Source: Tubiluchus corallicola (taxonomy: Eukaryota; Animalia; Priapulida). Taken from it: a stretch of 64,000 nt of DNA. Location of the stretch: positions 70,190-134,189 of the forward strand of contig JAQGDQ010000590.1 in assembly GCA_030141605.1 (NCBI GenBank), given 5' to 3'. Below the pieces are notes generated by a model. That model made no database searches and had not been told where the DNA came from. It saw only the letters and a program-made list of their open reading frames with translations. The translations under genes and the position numbers were made by a program. Below, in pieces: positions 36,841 through 49,815 of this stretch. Each line of letters opens with the position of its first letter. The first letter of the stretch is position 1.

Positions 36841-37924
36841 ACTTCCCTGTAGTTCAGTACAACTTTATTTACGAACAAAGGGCCTTGTGTTATTATTTAT
36901 TTATTATTTATTTATGTGCCTTATTGTACTTGGACCTGTATTCAACATTGATACACTAGCGAATGTTTTACTCTAAAACGGTGGGCACAATTGTCCTACT
37001 AATTGTTCATATTTGTTGCACTGCCAGTAATGCTTTTAAATGCATAAATGCAACGGGAGTAGGGTGGCCTGATGTAATACCTGTCGAGTTTTTACAAATT
37101 CAAGAAGGGGAGGGGGTGTTGCGCGAGAATGTGGTTTATACGTAATTACGAACTCGGTGCTGTCACTCATTTCTAAAATGTTTTGCCAAAGGATCTGTAG
37201 ATGTCTCTGATGTTTCCACACAATAATTGTGAAACCGGTAATAACAATGAGAGCAGGCCTGCAGTAGCTTGAATTTTTTTAGGTTTATTTAATGAAATGA
37301 ATGCGACTTGGTTTGAATTTTAACGTTTGTATTTAGATTGGACAACTAAGTTTAGTCAAGTTTTTAACCTTTAAATCTGCAAAGTTTGTATATTCAGAAT
37401 AAATAATATTGCTGGTTATTTTCTTACTTCTATATTGTTCTACTTTTTTATGTTCTGATTACGATATAATGTTGCGTCACTTTCGCCATCTAGTGGCCGT
37501 TACAGACACTTTCATGTTATTGTTGTTGTTTATTTCCTATTTCTAAGTTTTTTGTTTCTTTAGTTAGATAATTATGATGTTTTGTTAGATATGCTTCTTT
37601 CTTTTATTCTGTTCGGTATAATTCTGCGATATCATGTTGTGTCACTGTCGCCATCTAGTGCCACCTAGAGACACTTCCATTTTTCCAAAAGATTAGCTTA
37701 ACAAAATGCTTTGCAAGCTGAACTTTATATCAATAATAAAAAAAGAAAAAAATCAACGGATATTGTTCTTATTATAAAGAATTTAAAATTTTCTCTTGAT
37801 ATTTTCATTATTACATAAATTTAATAATGTAACTCAGGGAACTGGGTTAATTAGCAAGTCACTGTTAAAATTAGGCTGCCACACTGACGGTACGACACTC
37901 TTTTCTTTCACTTCATTTTCCAAG

Positions 37925-38645
37925 TATTATCAGAACTTTCGTTGGAATTTTTCCACCATCGTGAATAAATCCAGAGACAGGGTTCATAAGTGTTTAAACT
38001 GTGTGATATCGTTCTAAAACCAGCACAGTTCTTCAACATCTTCAAATATATCTTTTTCCAGAAAAGTTCTTCACCATCTTCAAGTATATCTTTTTCTGGG
38101 AAAATTCTTCATCGTCTTCAAGTATATCTTTACATAGAAAAGTTCTTCATCGTATTCAAATATATCTTTATATAGAAAAGTTCTTCATCATTTTTAAATA
38201 TATCTTTACATAGAAAAGTTCTTCATAATCTTCAAATATATCTTTATCTACAAAAGTTCTTCATCATCTTCAAGTATATCTTTATCTAGAAAAGTTCTTC
38301 ACCATCTTCAAACATATTTTTTCTGGAAAAGTTCTTCATCATCTTCAATTACATCTTTATCTAGAAAAGTCTTGAATGATGCTTGTGGATTACGTGTTAA
38401 TCACTTCAATGTAACTGTTCTTACACACGCTACGAAAAGTAGAAGTGAAAGAGAGGACCGACTCGTAATTACAAGCCACAGCCTTCAGCTCGGTTATATC
38501 TAGTACTGGAGCAATCTTTATCATCACATCTGAAAAGACGAATGACAAGCTCATCAGCATTTCCAATGATTACAATCTTTTCTGATATAGGAAATGTGTC
38601 CATGTTTCTCTACAGCACACACGACTGACACGACCTCAACGTTGT
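37925..38645 (-). pseudogene. Second decayed copy of the MATH-like 3' end, split by a 38-bp minisatellite
   Basis: 38375-38640 matches 40710-40990 (ttaatcacttcaatgtaactgttcttacac; acatctgaaaagacgaatgacaagct); 37925-38020 matches 40575-40680. Confidence 0.8.
38026..38370. repeat. 38-bp minisatellite inside the BTB pseudogene fragment, about 9 copies
   Basis: agaaaagttcttcatcatcttcaaatatatctttatct. Confidence 0.9.
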
Positions 38646-39894
38646 TTTTTTTTGTTTTTTAATAAAGTAAAAATAAATTTATCCCGGAAAAATTTTGGTG
38701 TCTTTTCTGCGGCTAAGACCACGGTGCTACGTATTGAGTACTTTAAATACATCAATGTGGTTGCTTTTGCAATTGAAGTTTAGCCGTGATTGTTCAAGCA
38801 AAGACGTAAAAAATGCTAAATCCATGCGCTTGTAACTTTCACAGACAACAGCTAACGTATTGAAGTATCAAGTTGTGAAATTTCAACTTTGTGAAGCACT
38901 TGCTTTAATGTCATTGTTGCCTAAACTTGTGCACATTTTTTCTGCACCACTCGATACAGTTAAGCCTGAAAGCACAGTACTATATAAATGAGAAAAACTG
39001 CTGAAATTCTGCTGGTTTAACTGTACCTAGATACATTGTCTCAAGTGTACCTTAAGCAGCAACTTTCATGTCTCACTGATTGGTCACAGTCAGTCATGCA
39101 AAAATGGCGGCGGTGAAGAGTAACAACAGAGCAGAGTGACAATGTGGTTGTTGAATGTGCAGCAGTAAGTGATGATACTTAATAATTCTGTTTGATTAGC
39201 AAAAGTGCAAGCCGCACTCTTTTCCTTGTGAATTTAAGAGAGCCTTCTAGAAATAATCTTTAAGTTTTTATTTGTTTATTTATTCATTCGATTTATTTAC
39301 ATTTATTCGTTTGTAAACAAATAACAGAAATTACAGTACACTTTCTACAATGCTTAACAAATACGATGTAATTTATATTCACTACTTCATTCTGATTAAG
39401 CTACTGTATATTCCGTATATTAAGTTAATATAATTCTCATGCATACATAAGCAATCCGGCTACTAGTCAGTTAAAATGAAACATCTTGCTAGAACAATCG
39501 GGTAAATCAGCACCTTGAAATTAGGGTATCACACAGATAGTTGGTTTACATGCAAAAAGCTGCAACTTACAATAGGCATCTTTTAACAGCATCAATGGCG
39601 ACGTTCTCTGCAAACTTCTGTAGAGGTGATTTGTAAGTACAAAAGATCAGTTTCCATATGCCAGACAACGAATGATTGAAACTGGAGCCGAATTTAACAG
39701 CCGTTCTGCATGCGGCTGACATGGGGAGGGGGTTTGGGGGTGGCACTGTCAATAGTTCATAATCAGTCTTCCACAGCACAATGCCAACGAGTTTCTTCTT
39801 TATACATTTGTATATTTTAGGGCACACCGGACAGCACCAATCCATATAAGACATCAGTCGCACTGATGAACACAGTTCCAGAAGATGATAGTCT

Positions 39895-40440
39895 TTTTAA
39901 TTCATTCTCTATACAACAGCACAACTTTTATGCGAATTTTTCCATAACTAATAAACCCAGAAGCTCTGCAATATTATTCTGATGCCACCAAAAACTTTTC
40001 ACTTCTTCTGAACTTGTCTTTATTTTCAAATGTTCTGAGTGACTTTCTTGGATCATTGTTAGTAACTTCAATCCATCTGTTCTTACATATGCTGTCAGAA
40101 GTAGAAGTCAAAGCGAAAAGTAAAACTTGCAATTTCAAGCAGCAGTTTACACAATAGTTATATCCAGTATTGGAGCATAGTTCATCACACCTGAAAACAT
40201 TAGTGCCGAGCTCTTTACGCTAACCAATAACTGCAAATTTTCTGATATCTTATTCATAAAATTATTAGTCTTCTCAACAGGTTCAGTACACATGACAAAT
40301 ACGATTTCAATGCAGTTTTTTTCTTTCTACGAAATATTGATTTTGGAGTCTCTTAAATATGATTGATGAAAACATTCAAGTTGCTCCTTGTCATTTAACA
40401 TTCCATTCACTACGGGACCTTTGATGAACAATTCTGGATC
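39895..40440 (-). pseudogene. Decayed partial copy of the BTB-BACK-MATH gene (end of BACK plus MATH-like domain)
   Basis: 40380-40440 aligns by eye to 41066-41127 (ttgctccttgtcatttaa...tttgatgaa...ctggatc) and similarity continues to the stop region (ttttatgcgaa...taataaaccc); many indels, no ORF. Confidence 0.85.
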
Positions 40441-40573
40441 ATAATCAATCATGACAAATCAAGTTACTTCTTCAAAATGGGTGGCGATGTACGGGGTTTA
40501 AAAAGTTATTGGTCTATAAACCATTAATCGTAACCGTGAATCAGCTTCATGAAATGATTTTCCTTTTAATTTA

Positions 40574-41851
40574 TTATCTAAGCAGCACATTAACTTTTAT
40601 GCGAAATTTTCCATCATTAATAAACCCGGAAGCAGGGTCAATGGCGGTTCTGAACTGTGCAATTTTTCTTGCTGTCCAGGCCCCCTTTTTATCTACATTT
40701 AAGACAGTTTTGAGTGACCTTTGTGGATTATTGTTAATCACTTCAATGTAACTGTTCTTACACATGCTACGCAAAGTAGAAGACCAAGAGGGATCAACTA
40801 ATAAATTCAAGCAACAGCCTTCACCACGGTTATCTCCAGCATTGGAGCAGTTTGTTTTGTTACATCTGAAAAGACGAATGACAAGCTTATCAGCATTACC
40901 AATGATAGCAAACTTTTCTATATAACCTCCTCTTATTTTTAAATTATCAATTTTCTCAACAGGTTCAGCACACATGACTGACACGACTTCTGCGTAGTTT
41001 CTCTGCGTTTTTGGAAATATTGATTCTGATGCCACTTTTTGATGATGATTGATAAAAACATTTGCTTGCTCCTTGTCATTTAATATTCCAGTTGCTACCG
41101 GTCCTTTGATGAATAACTCTGGATCCATTGTGGGAAGTCTGATCTGCAACAAAATGTCGCCCAAGACTGTTCTTTTGTTGAACACATTTTGCTCTAGTGT
41201 CTTTCGCTTACATTCAGCATCAGCCCATTTTAAAACTGCATCAAATAGTTTGCCCTCTTCACTAATTTTCAGTTCATCAAGTTTGACAATCCTCAATAAG
41301 CTGTCATAGCTCAAGGAAGTAAAACTGTCGGACTTTATAACTTCTTCTGTCTCGACACTAATGACCTCCAAACACTTTATCTCTACATCTGGCCTTTCAT
41401 GGAAACATGCAGCTGTCAGAATGGTGCAGACATTGTCAGTTGTGATTTCAGATTTAAGGAAATCAACAGCCATTTTTTCAAGTCCACGAATGTTGTACTT
41501 TTTAGCTAAGTAAAGTACCGAAAGAACATTGTCACCAGTTAATTCAGCTTTGTCAGTATAAATAAACCTCAAAAGCAGCAGAAACACGTCAGGTTCAACA
41601 TCGGTTATTGGTATGACGTCACCAGGTTTATGACACAGCGGCCCAAACAGCATCCTCTTAAAAACGTCACTCCGAAGTGCAAGTATGGAACGACTAGCGT
41701 TGATGACAGTTTCACCAATTGAAAAAGTTACATCACATAATTCCTGAAAATCTTCGTTACCAAAAACATAATCGTATCTCTCGTTCCAGTCGTCCATCGC
41801 ATCAACCCTTTCAGCTGGAGTTTGCGGCTCGTCTAATAATGAAGTTGCCAT
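40574..41851 (-). CDS. Intronless BTB/POZ-BACK protein (BTBD2/3/6-like N-half) with MATH/TRAF-like C-terminal domain
   Basis: 425-aa ORF. BTB: CDVTFSIG...ASRSILALRSDVFKRML...LLRFIYTD...LYLAKKY. BACK: NVCTIL...LFDAVLKWA..EC...IRLPTM. The tail ends DPASGFINDGKFRIKVNV, the typical last strand of MATH domains. Confidence 0.9.
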   Translation of the reverse strand: MATSLLDEPQTPAERVDAMDDWNERYDYVFGNEDFQELCDVTFSIGETVINASRSILALRSDVFKRMLFGPLCHKPGDVIPITDVEPDVFLLLLRFIYTDKAELTGDNVLSVLYLAKKYNIRGLEKMAVDFLKSEITTDNVCTILTAACFHERPDVEIKCLEVISVETEEVIKSDSFTSLSYDSLLRIVKLDELKISEEGKLFDAVLKWADAECKRKTLEQNVFNKRTVLGDILLQIRLPTMDPELFIKGPVATGILNDKEQANVFINHHQKVASESIFPKTQRNYAEVVSVMCAEPVEKIDNLKIRGGYIEKFAIIGNADKLVIRLFRCNKTNCSNAGDNRGEGCCLNLLVDPSWSSTLRSMCKNSYIEVINNNPQRSLKTVLNVDKKGAWTARKIAQFRTAIDPASGFINDGKFRIKVNVLLR

Positions 41852-42332
41852 TTCTTTTGTTAATGGAATATTCTGACCTCTCTGCTGATCGAGAACTTGT
41901 TTAAATAGCTGGTGTAACTACAGATGTTTGACGAACGAAATTTACTGAATTATTTTAGTTGTACATTCACCATGACTGACTCAACAACTGGTAGACAAAG
42001 TTAGCATGCCGCAATAGTTCACTGCATTTTCTTGCAGCGGTAAAGGTAGCAACGTTTGGAGGAAAAAAATAGCTTCCAGTGTGTTTAGCAGTTGCAAGAA
42101 AAAGCGTCTAATGCAACAGCAATGCCTGCACGCATAATCTGATTTTTAAGTTGCTTAATTTTGAAGTTGAATCGCCACAAAACGCATCACAACTGCAGCT
42201 GAAAGACAGATGCACCCCCACGTCGCAATAGACTCTTCCACTTGTTTTTGCATAACGTAGGCTGGTTAGTGTTTCATCCAGGCAATATTTCCATTTTACT
42301 AAGTTCAACAAATTCCGTTAATAAAGCTGATA

Positions 42333-43060
42333 TTATAAATTTGTCTCGCCTTGAAAACACCTTCTTTTTTGAGTAGTTTTACTGCGATGACGAAAATGCT
42401 CTACTGTGTAATGAGGAGCCCTATGAAAGTTTGAAAGAGTAGTCCTCGTGGATATGAATTTTTTACCAAAAGGGTTTGCACAGCATTGACAGCGGCAAAG
42501 TGAAGTACAACCACTCTGGGATTTCGGGCATGGGCACCGGCACTTGTAGGATATAGATGATGCACAACGTGGCTTCCTTTCAGCTAGACTGGATGCTGAT
42601 AATTTCCCGCAAGTGCACTTTGTGAAACGTTTTCGTTTTTCTTCTTTGCTACTTAAATCCGTAGTGACGGTGGCAGATTGTCCTCTCCTTACCACGGCAT
42701 CGTAATGTCCTGCACCACGACTATCATATGCGAGTAATGCTGCTATGATTGGAGACATATCATTTTCATTCCGTCTGTTGAGTTCGTGGGTGAATATAGT
42801 GAGATAAAAAGGCCGGTAATGTTGATCATTAATTGCCAATTCGTCAACTGTCAAGTGCCGTAATCTTTCAGCTATTTCTTCAGAGTCACAAATCTTGTTA
42901 TGTCTAGCCGATCTAGATAGGATATAACAGAAATCGCTTGTGGATTGCGATCTATAAAAGTTTGCAAAACTACTGCAACAGCTAAAAACATACAATTTCC
43001 ATCGCCGTTTACTGTGATTCTTAAATAATCTAAATTTCTTAGGAACTCATCGAGACTACG
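42333..43060 (-). pseudogene. Broken OTU-like cysteine protease plus Cys-rich CXC-type domain, probably transposon-derived
   Basis: One frame reads LDEFLRNLDYLRITVNGDGNCMFLAVA (GDGNC at 43006-42992) and then frameshifts into the ORF 42333-42995 frame, which has LRHLTVDEL, LAYDSRGAGHYDAV (42710-42696) and CTCG...RCPC...C...CRCQCCANPFG. Confidence 0.7.
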
Positions 43061-44603
43061 TGGGCCGGGCCTTCTGTAGTTAAAGCTGTAGTTTCACTTG
43101 TTTTCAGATTGCTATTGTTACCTGGGAAGTGAACGATGTTTTTAAGAAGACATCAAAGGGCGTTAGATATTCTTGTATGCGGAGTAGTATTCTTTCTTTG
43201 TTTGTCATGTGAATCCGAAACAACTATTGAAATAAAATTTTCTGAGAGTGAAAAGTCAAAGCTTAATGTTAGTTCTGGGAATGGTAAAGTTTTTGCAGAT
43301 TCCATGAGGCATGGTTGCTGTATATGTGGCGAGAAGCCAATTTGGTACAAATTTAGATCTCCTGGTGCAAGCTGTTTTTCAGACAGTGCGATCTCAGAGG
43401 GTTTTTTGGGATAGTTACGTGAGAACATACTTGAAGAAAAATTTGGCTACTAACCTAGCAACAAAAAACAACCAGGCGTACAGCCTATAAATATGTAGGA
43501 AAGTCCAGGAATTGTGTGTGCTTAGCCACTGTATAGACGTGCTCTGTTTCCGCACGTATACAAAGAAAGAACTATAGCACGTGAAGGTAGTGCTGTTTGT
43601 TTCACAGCCCAACAGAGTACGCTCCTGCAACACCGTGTTTAGCTGCTGTACACATGTCAAAGCCCAGGTAGAGAAAGTATTATCGCTCACACAGTTTGTT
43701 TTCAGTCGTCACGTGTTTACCGTGAATGAATCAAACTTGAACTGCGACACTTATGGTAAAAACTTTCGTATGTTTGTTTGATTAAAATTACAACTGACCC
43801 CTACTAAACTTTGCCACGAGCCGCCACTGAGTCAGGACGCATAGAAGCACCATGGCATGCCCGTACCTCTATTTGAGGGACAGAGAGAAAGAGAAGAGAA
43901 AAAATATTTCTGTAATCACTAGACACTTCATACGATTGCGTCATTTATATCTGTAATCACATTTTTTTGTTTAATGTAATTCTTTTTGTATAATGTAAAT
44001 TTTACGTTATTATATTACCTCATTTTCAATCTCGCACATTTTTTAATAATGACGTCATCTATAAGCTAATAACTTTTATTAAGTATTTTAACATTTTTTG
44101 GCCCACCTGTATACAGATACATTTGATGTTTGATCTTTTTCACTATGTTACGTATAATTTGTTTATCATTAGGCCTACTTTGTTTTTCTCACGCATTTGT
44201 AAATATTTTATTGGTTTCGATATTCCACTGATGTATTGTTTTCAATTCGTTTGCTTACTTTTTCTTATTTGTATTTAATCAGTTGAATAGTGCATTGCAT
44301 TAATTTCATTTTCATTTATTTAATCACGATTTTTTGAGTTGTCACTTTTGCATTTGTTGTTTTTTCATTGTGTACTTGAGTTTTTGTTAATAAACTATTG
44401 TTATATTTGAAAATAATCAGCGTGTTGCAATAGTTTCTTCACGACAGGCAACTATATAATATATAATTTATTTAATATAATATTTTAATATATAATCTAA
44501 AATAAATAGAGCTGGACCACTACTGAAAAAAAGAAAGATCTTAAATTACCATTGGCAATAAATAGAGCTCGAGAATACAGTTTCTATACGCGGAAACATG
44601 TTA

Positions 44604-45100
44604 AACTGTACTTTACTCTCATAAATTGAAATTAATGTAATCTATTAAAGCTGAGTGTCTTTAACTAGCGCTAGATGGCGAAAGTGACAATGTAGTACCA
44701 AATTTGAAAAGGCAAACGAATTAGCAAAAAACTGTGCTGTGTCAACTGTACTTTACTCATAAATTGAAGTTAATGTAAACTATTAAATATGAAAGTGTCT
44801 CTAACTAACGCTAGATGGCGAAAGTGACAATGTAGAACCAATTCTGAAAAGGTAAACAAATTAGCAAAAAACTGTACTGTGTCAACTGTACTTTACTCTC
44901 ATTAATTGAAATTAATGTAAACTATTAAATATGAAAGTGTCTCTAACTAACGCTAGATGGCGAAAGTGACAATGTAGAATCAAATATAAGAAGGCAAACA
45001 GGGAGAGGGAAAAATCAATGTTAAAAAAGAACTTTGCTGTGTACTATACTCTACTCTCATAAATTGAAATTAATGAAAACTACTAAAAATAAAAGAGTCT
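44604..45100. repeat. About 141-bp tandem repeat (about 3.5 copies) carrying CTAGATGGCG (CTCF-like) motifs
   Basis: ctagatggcgaaagtgac at 44671, 44811 and 44953. Confidence 0.85.
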
Positions 45101-45263
45101 CTAATAATTTAATAATCCAATGTTCAAAACCACTTTTCCATTGCCAGATATCTGAATTCCGGAATCCTGGGATGTAAAGCCTGCTTGCAAAATGTAAGTG
45201 GCGGGAAATGACTACGTCGCAGAAACAACAAATGCCATCGGAGGTGCACACCTAGGATCATCG

Positions 45264-45303
<40 letters not shown>

Positions 45304-48300
45304 TATAGTCACTATTATCATTTTTATTATTAAATCATACAAGCAGGTTCCTACACATCAGAACTAATGCACTTCTATAATAACCTAGTGTCTTTCACAC
45401 ACTCTGTCTCGGATTATTTCTCCCATTTTTCACATCATGCAGAGCTCTTCGTTAATGAATTCCTGTCTCCAATGTTTACCTATGTGACTTAAATAATCTT
45501 TTTTAATATTTTTGTGCTATTGGGTAAGTGATTCGTGTTTTTAAACCATTAACTGCATCCCTTATTTCACATCTCCCGAACTCAATCCCCCGATCGGGAT
45601 CCTGGTGATGAACTGTTGCTTGTAAATTGCGCAACTCTTCTCCAACAAACATAAAAACCAACCCGATTTACATCCGAGAGGAAGGGAATCAGTCATGATC
45701 TGTGGAGAGATTCCTTGCATCTTCCAAATTCCCCTATCAATAACGGTTGCCGAGCATTCCAGGCAGTTCTGCGTTTGCCAGAATCCAGGAAAGGATTTCA
45801 TACTAACATTATTGATTTCTTCTCTCTCACACGATGCCTCTCTGGCTGGAATACCAGGCTTCTCTTTTTGGGCGAGAGCGCTGTTATATAATTTAGTGTG
45901 ATGCATTATAATCTGCGTTCGATCTTATTAATTACTGTATGTCTGTGATTTCTGTATGAAGCAAGTTTTTATAGCATTGTTGACTGTCTAGGCAATTTGT
46001 GTGATGTACATCTACAGTGCCTCTGCAGCATTGTTCAGCTGCATTGTGATACTGTGCTTGTTTTAACCTGTAAAGTATTGCGATCATTGAAAACAGTGCT
46101 AGTTGATGCATTAATGCTCAATTTGACAAGCTTATTAATACATTAATATGCTATGTAGGCCAATTAATAATGCAAAGTCATAAGTCATTTATTTCACATT
46201 ACACATTCACAATAGTTTCATGTACAATATCTAGTGAAAGGGCCAACAATGAACATAATACAAATAAGTTTTATTATTTCTGCACAGAAAAAGCCTCACA
46301 CACTGTTCACCTATATACAAATGTAAATGTGTTGCGGGCAATCAAAAAGCCGGGCTTGTTAGATTGTCCCACACAGTGAAAGAAAAAAAGTAATGAAAAT
46401 AATCTGAGTAAGTACTTATTAACCGCCCGACAATGTATCATTTTACCATTCTGTGGTCATTAGTGATATTTCAATCGCAAGCTAATTATTTCTTGGTTCG
46501 ATTCCAAAAAGAAAAACGGATTAATCGTATTTTTCATAATTTTAACTAATGTGACGTCATCTCGTGCGAGATGTTGGAACTTCGCCCCCTATTGGAAGTT
46601 TGCCTTTTCCAGATAAAGTGAATCGGTTATATGTATTGTGATGCCGTCTATGATAGCGAGCATGCATAATTAACTAAGGAAAATTATAAAAAAAAAAGAA
46701 AAGAAAGAAAAACAGTAAAATGAAACCTTAGCAACAGTTTATAGCAGTTGTTACACTTATTTCGCTGGTAGTCAGCTTAGACCTAATAGGCGCAAATCAA
46801 TTTTATAGGAGTCTAGTGATATTCATTGTTACTTAGAAATAGCGCACATTTCATTATAGGACTAATAGCTTTAGAGCCTACTTACTGTAGAGCAAAACAA
46901 AAATCGTAACAAAATAATGTTCAAGCTGCAGTTTGAGTTTTTGATAGAAATTGTGTACCTGTCGTGTTATATAAATATTTAGAATTTTTCATATTATTAT
47001 AATACATTGAATAACATGTGCACAATAATTGGTTTGTTTATGTGTAGTTTTCACTTTTTTGAGTCTGTTGGTGACAATTTCAAGGTCAGCTGAGTCTGTT
47101 GGTGACAATTTGAAGGTCAGCTGAGTCTGTTGGTGACAATTTCAAAGCCAGTACAGAATTTTGGTTACAATCTCAAGCAAATTATGTATCAGTTTCTTAT
47201 AATCCAGCGATAGTTACACACTGTACTAAGTTGCATTACATTTCAGTCTTATTTTTATACAATGTCATTTCACGAGAAAATGTTGTTCAAATTGTATTGA
47301 ACCGAGCAACATTGCTTAAAATTTAGTTATCTAGCTTCACAATTATAAGGCAATAAATAAAAAGTGCAACTTTGTTCCAGACTTTCCAGAAGTTGTCGGG
47401 AATGTTTGCTTATTATTATACATGTAATAGCGGCTTTGCAATAAAAATTCTGTAATTAATGCAGCATTAGTACGGCCAGTTCTGGTACAATAACTGGTTC
47501 CATACTGGGCTAGTGCTGGATTCGTTTAAGCACGTGGCAATTGTTACTGCGTTAAAGACAGTACATTTCTACCTATCAGTAGACGTTAGCGCACAGCGTG
47601 TTATCTCAGACATGTGCTCATGGACGCATGCGCACAACAGCCAAACACCACGTTGCTTGGGCTGTGAAGCAAATTGTACTTCCCTCACGTGCTCCGGTTC
47701 CTCGCACGGATAAAAAAGAACTAAAGAAAAAAGACTTATTATGTTGAATAAAATCGATAATCATGAGTGAAAACAGGGGGCACTGCAGTACCACAGTACC
47801 TATACACGAACCGCCACTGGTTGGTTCACAAAATGTTAGTTAGCAATGATATCATTCTAGTTAACTCAGAGAGTCAATACATTTTAATGACCATTATTTT
47901 ATATTGTGACAATAATTTCGCATTTAACTTGCTCTAAAACACACTATTAAAAGATGCATTCGTGTCTCTCATGTAGCATGACAACACCGGCTGCTTAGCA
48001 ATTATGCACGTATTTGCAACAAAGCAATTAATTAACGACTGGCAGTCCTGTGCTAAAACATGGCAACAAGTGTCGCGATTCACTATTACAAGATGTATTC
48101 GTGTCTCTCATGTACCATGACAATACCAGTTGCTTAGCAATTATGCGCGTATTTACAACAAAGCTATTAATTTATGACTGGCGGTCCTGTGCTAAAATAT
48201 GGCAACAAGCAATTCTTCATAATTATGAATATTGCATAAGTCTGTCGCTAAGAAGTAAATTAAAATTGTTCATTAGTGTGGCCTATTGGATTTCGTTCTA

Positions 48301-48337
48301 ATAATGCAGTTTTTAATGATATCTTTTCACACTGCAG

Positions 48338-48528
48338 ATGTTAGTCATGAAATCTGCAGGGCGTCGTTTACGCCCAGTAAAATTGATTCATATTTTTGTG
48401 TTTTTATTAGTAATTAAGTTTGCAAACTTACGAAAATGTTTCAATGAGCCGATGTCGAAAGGCAAAACGTTCGTTATTCCAGATAAGCGCGTTAACCTTC
48501 CTACAGCAGCTGTGGTCAAGCCTGTCAG
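48338..48528 (+). CDS. Probable first coding exon (hydrophobic leader and start of PAN-like domain)
   Basis: ctgcag|ATG; LIHIFVFLLVIKF leader; donor CAG|GTGAGA in phase 2. Confidence 0.55.
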
Positions 48529-49180
48529 GTGAGAGCAAAACTAAAAAAGTTTCGTTTTTAAAGAAATCTGATCTCTCTTGAGTAAAATGCGTGTATGAAT
48601 TGAGATAATAACATTTTGCTTTGACAAAAACTTACAAGAACTGGACATTGAAGTTTAAAATATTCTTAATTCGTAGGCCGTTTTGGTGTTTTTGTGTATA
48701 AAAGCTCGCTTTAAAAGCACCAAGGTATATAAAACAAAACAGCAGTATTATTAATTACAAAATAGTTGTGAAAGCTTTTTTATTTAAAACCGTTTAGCGT
48801 CTACCTAACTCCTTCAGGAGCGTAAGCGTTTTCTACATTTTGCATCGGTTCATGAAAAATGGCTCTCACAAAACAGCGATTACATTATATTTGATAATTT
48901 TTGTACGTTTCTACTCCTTATACAACGCAAAAGACTTTAATGCAAAATTTTATATGAAATCCATTTGCTTATATTGAAGAAATTAAAAAATCGATTTTTG
49001 GCGAAAAAAATGAGAAATGCTTTCAGTAACTGCAGTGTTTGCACTGTAACAATGTACAGTATCACTTGTGTGAAATTGGCTAATGCAGAAAATTTCAACT
49101 ATCGAGACACAACACTCTGATACACTTTGGCCTCAATCTGTCTATATCTAATCTAATCTATATTTAAGGAGAAATTCCTC

Positions 49181-49815
49181 TTAAAGGACAAGATAAGGGG
49201 TACCTGAAGTAGGTTTCGGAAGAATCGCCTTAAAAAAATATGTTACTGTACAGCAATTTTATGCGTACGTCGTACTCGCGTTAAAATAATTTTTTGTTTG
49301 TTTTCATATTAAATCTCTCGCAATACTGTTCTGACGGCGCCATTACATGACGTCACTATGCACACCATAAATCAGGGGAAAAAGGAAATGTTAAAGTATG
49401 TCCCAAAAAACTTTCCATGCAAACCTGAATTACTTAGCTTTTCGCTTACCTGCTAGAAAGACTTATGCAACCAGAAAAGAAAATTATTAATTATTTAAAA
49501 TGTTTTCACCAATTGGTAAAATGTCGTTGACTCAGTCTCCAGGGTGCACCACTCACTAACCAAAAACTTACTTTTAATCTTATTGACAAGATACAGTAAT
49601 TAAAATTTTATTTAGTTAGTGACGTGTGTGCTACGAATGCTCTTATTATTTTTTCAAACTTCACACAATGTTATCTGAACCTGATTCAAATGACCTGTCG
49701 TCAAAATGGCTGCGTCTAACGGTCATCACGCGAGTTTACATTTACGTGTTTTATAGGCAGTATGTAAGTTATATAAAATTTCAAGCTTTGTGTTTATGAA
49801 GGGTTTTTTGTGATG
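49181..49815 (+). mobile_element. MITE family C inserted at a TTAA inside a family F repeat
   Basis: The flanks rejoin to match the uninterrupted copy at 60885-61345. Confidence 0.75.

Noticed and set aside
39060-39863. Promoter-like CCAAT/AAAATGGCGG plus a donor near 39165, and ORF 39567-39863
   Set aside because: No recognisable domain or connectable exons, and the motifs are too short to support a gene.
45562-45906. Overlapping 68-114 aa ORFs
   Set aside because: No recognisable motif; possibly an old repeat relic, but this cannot be supported.
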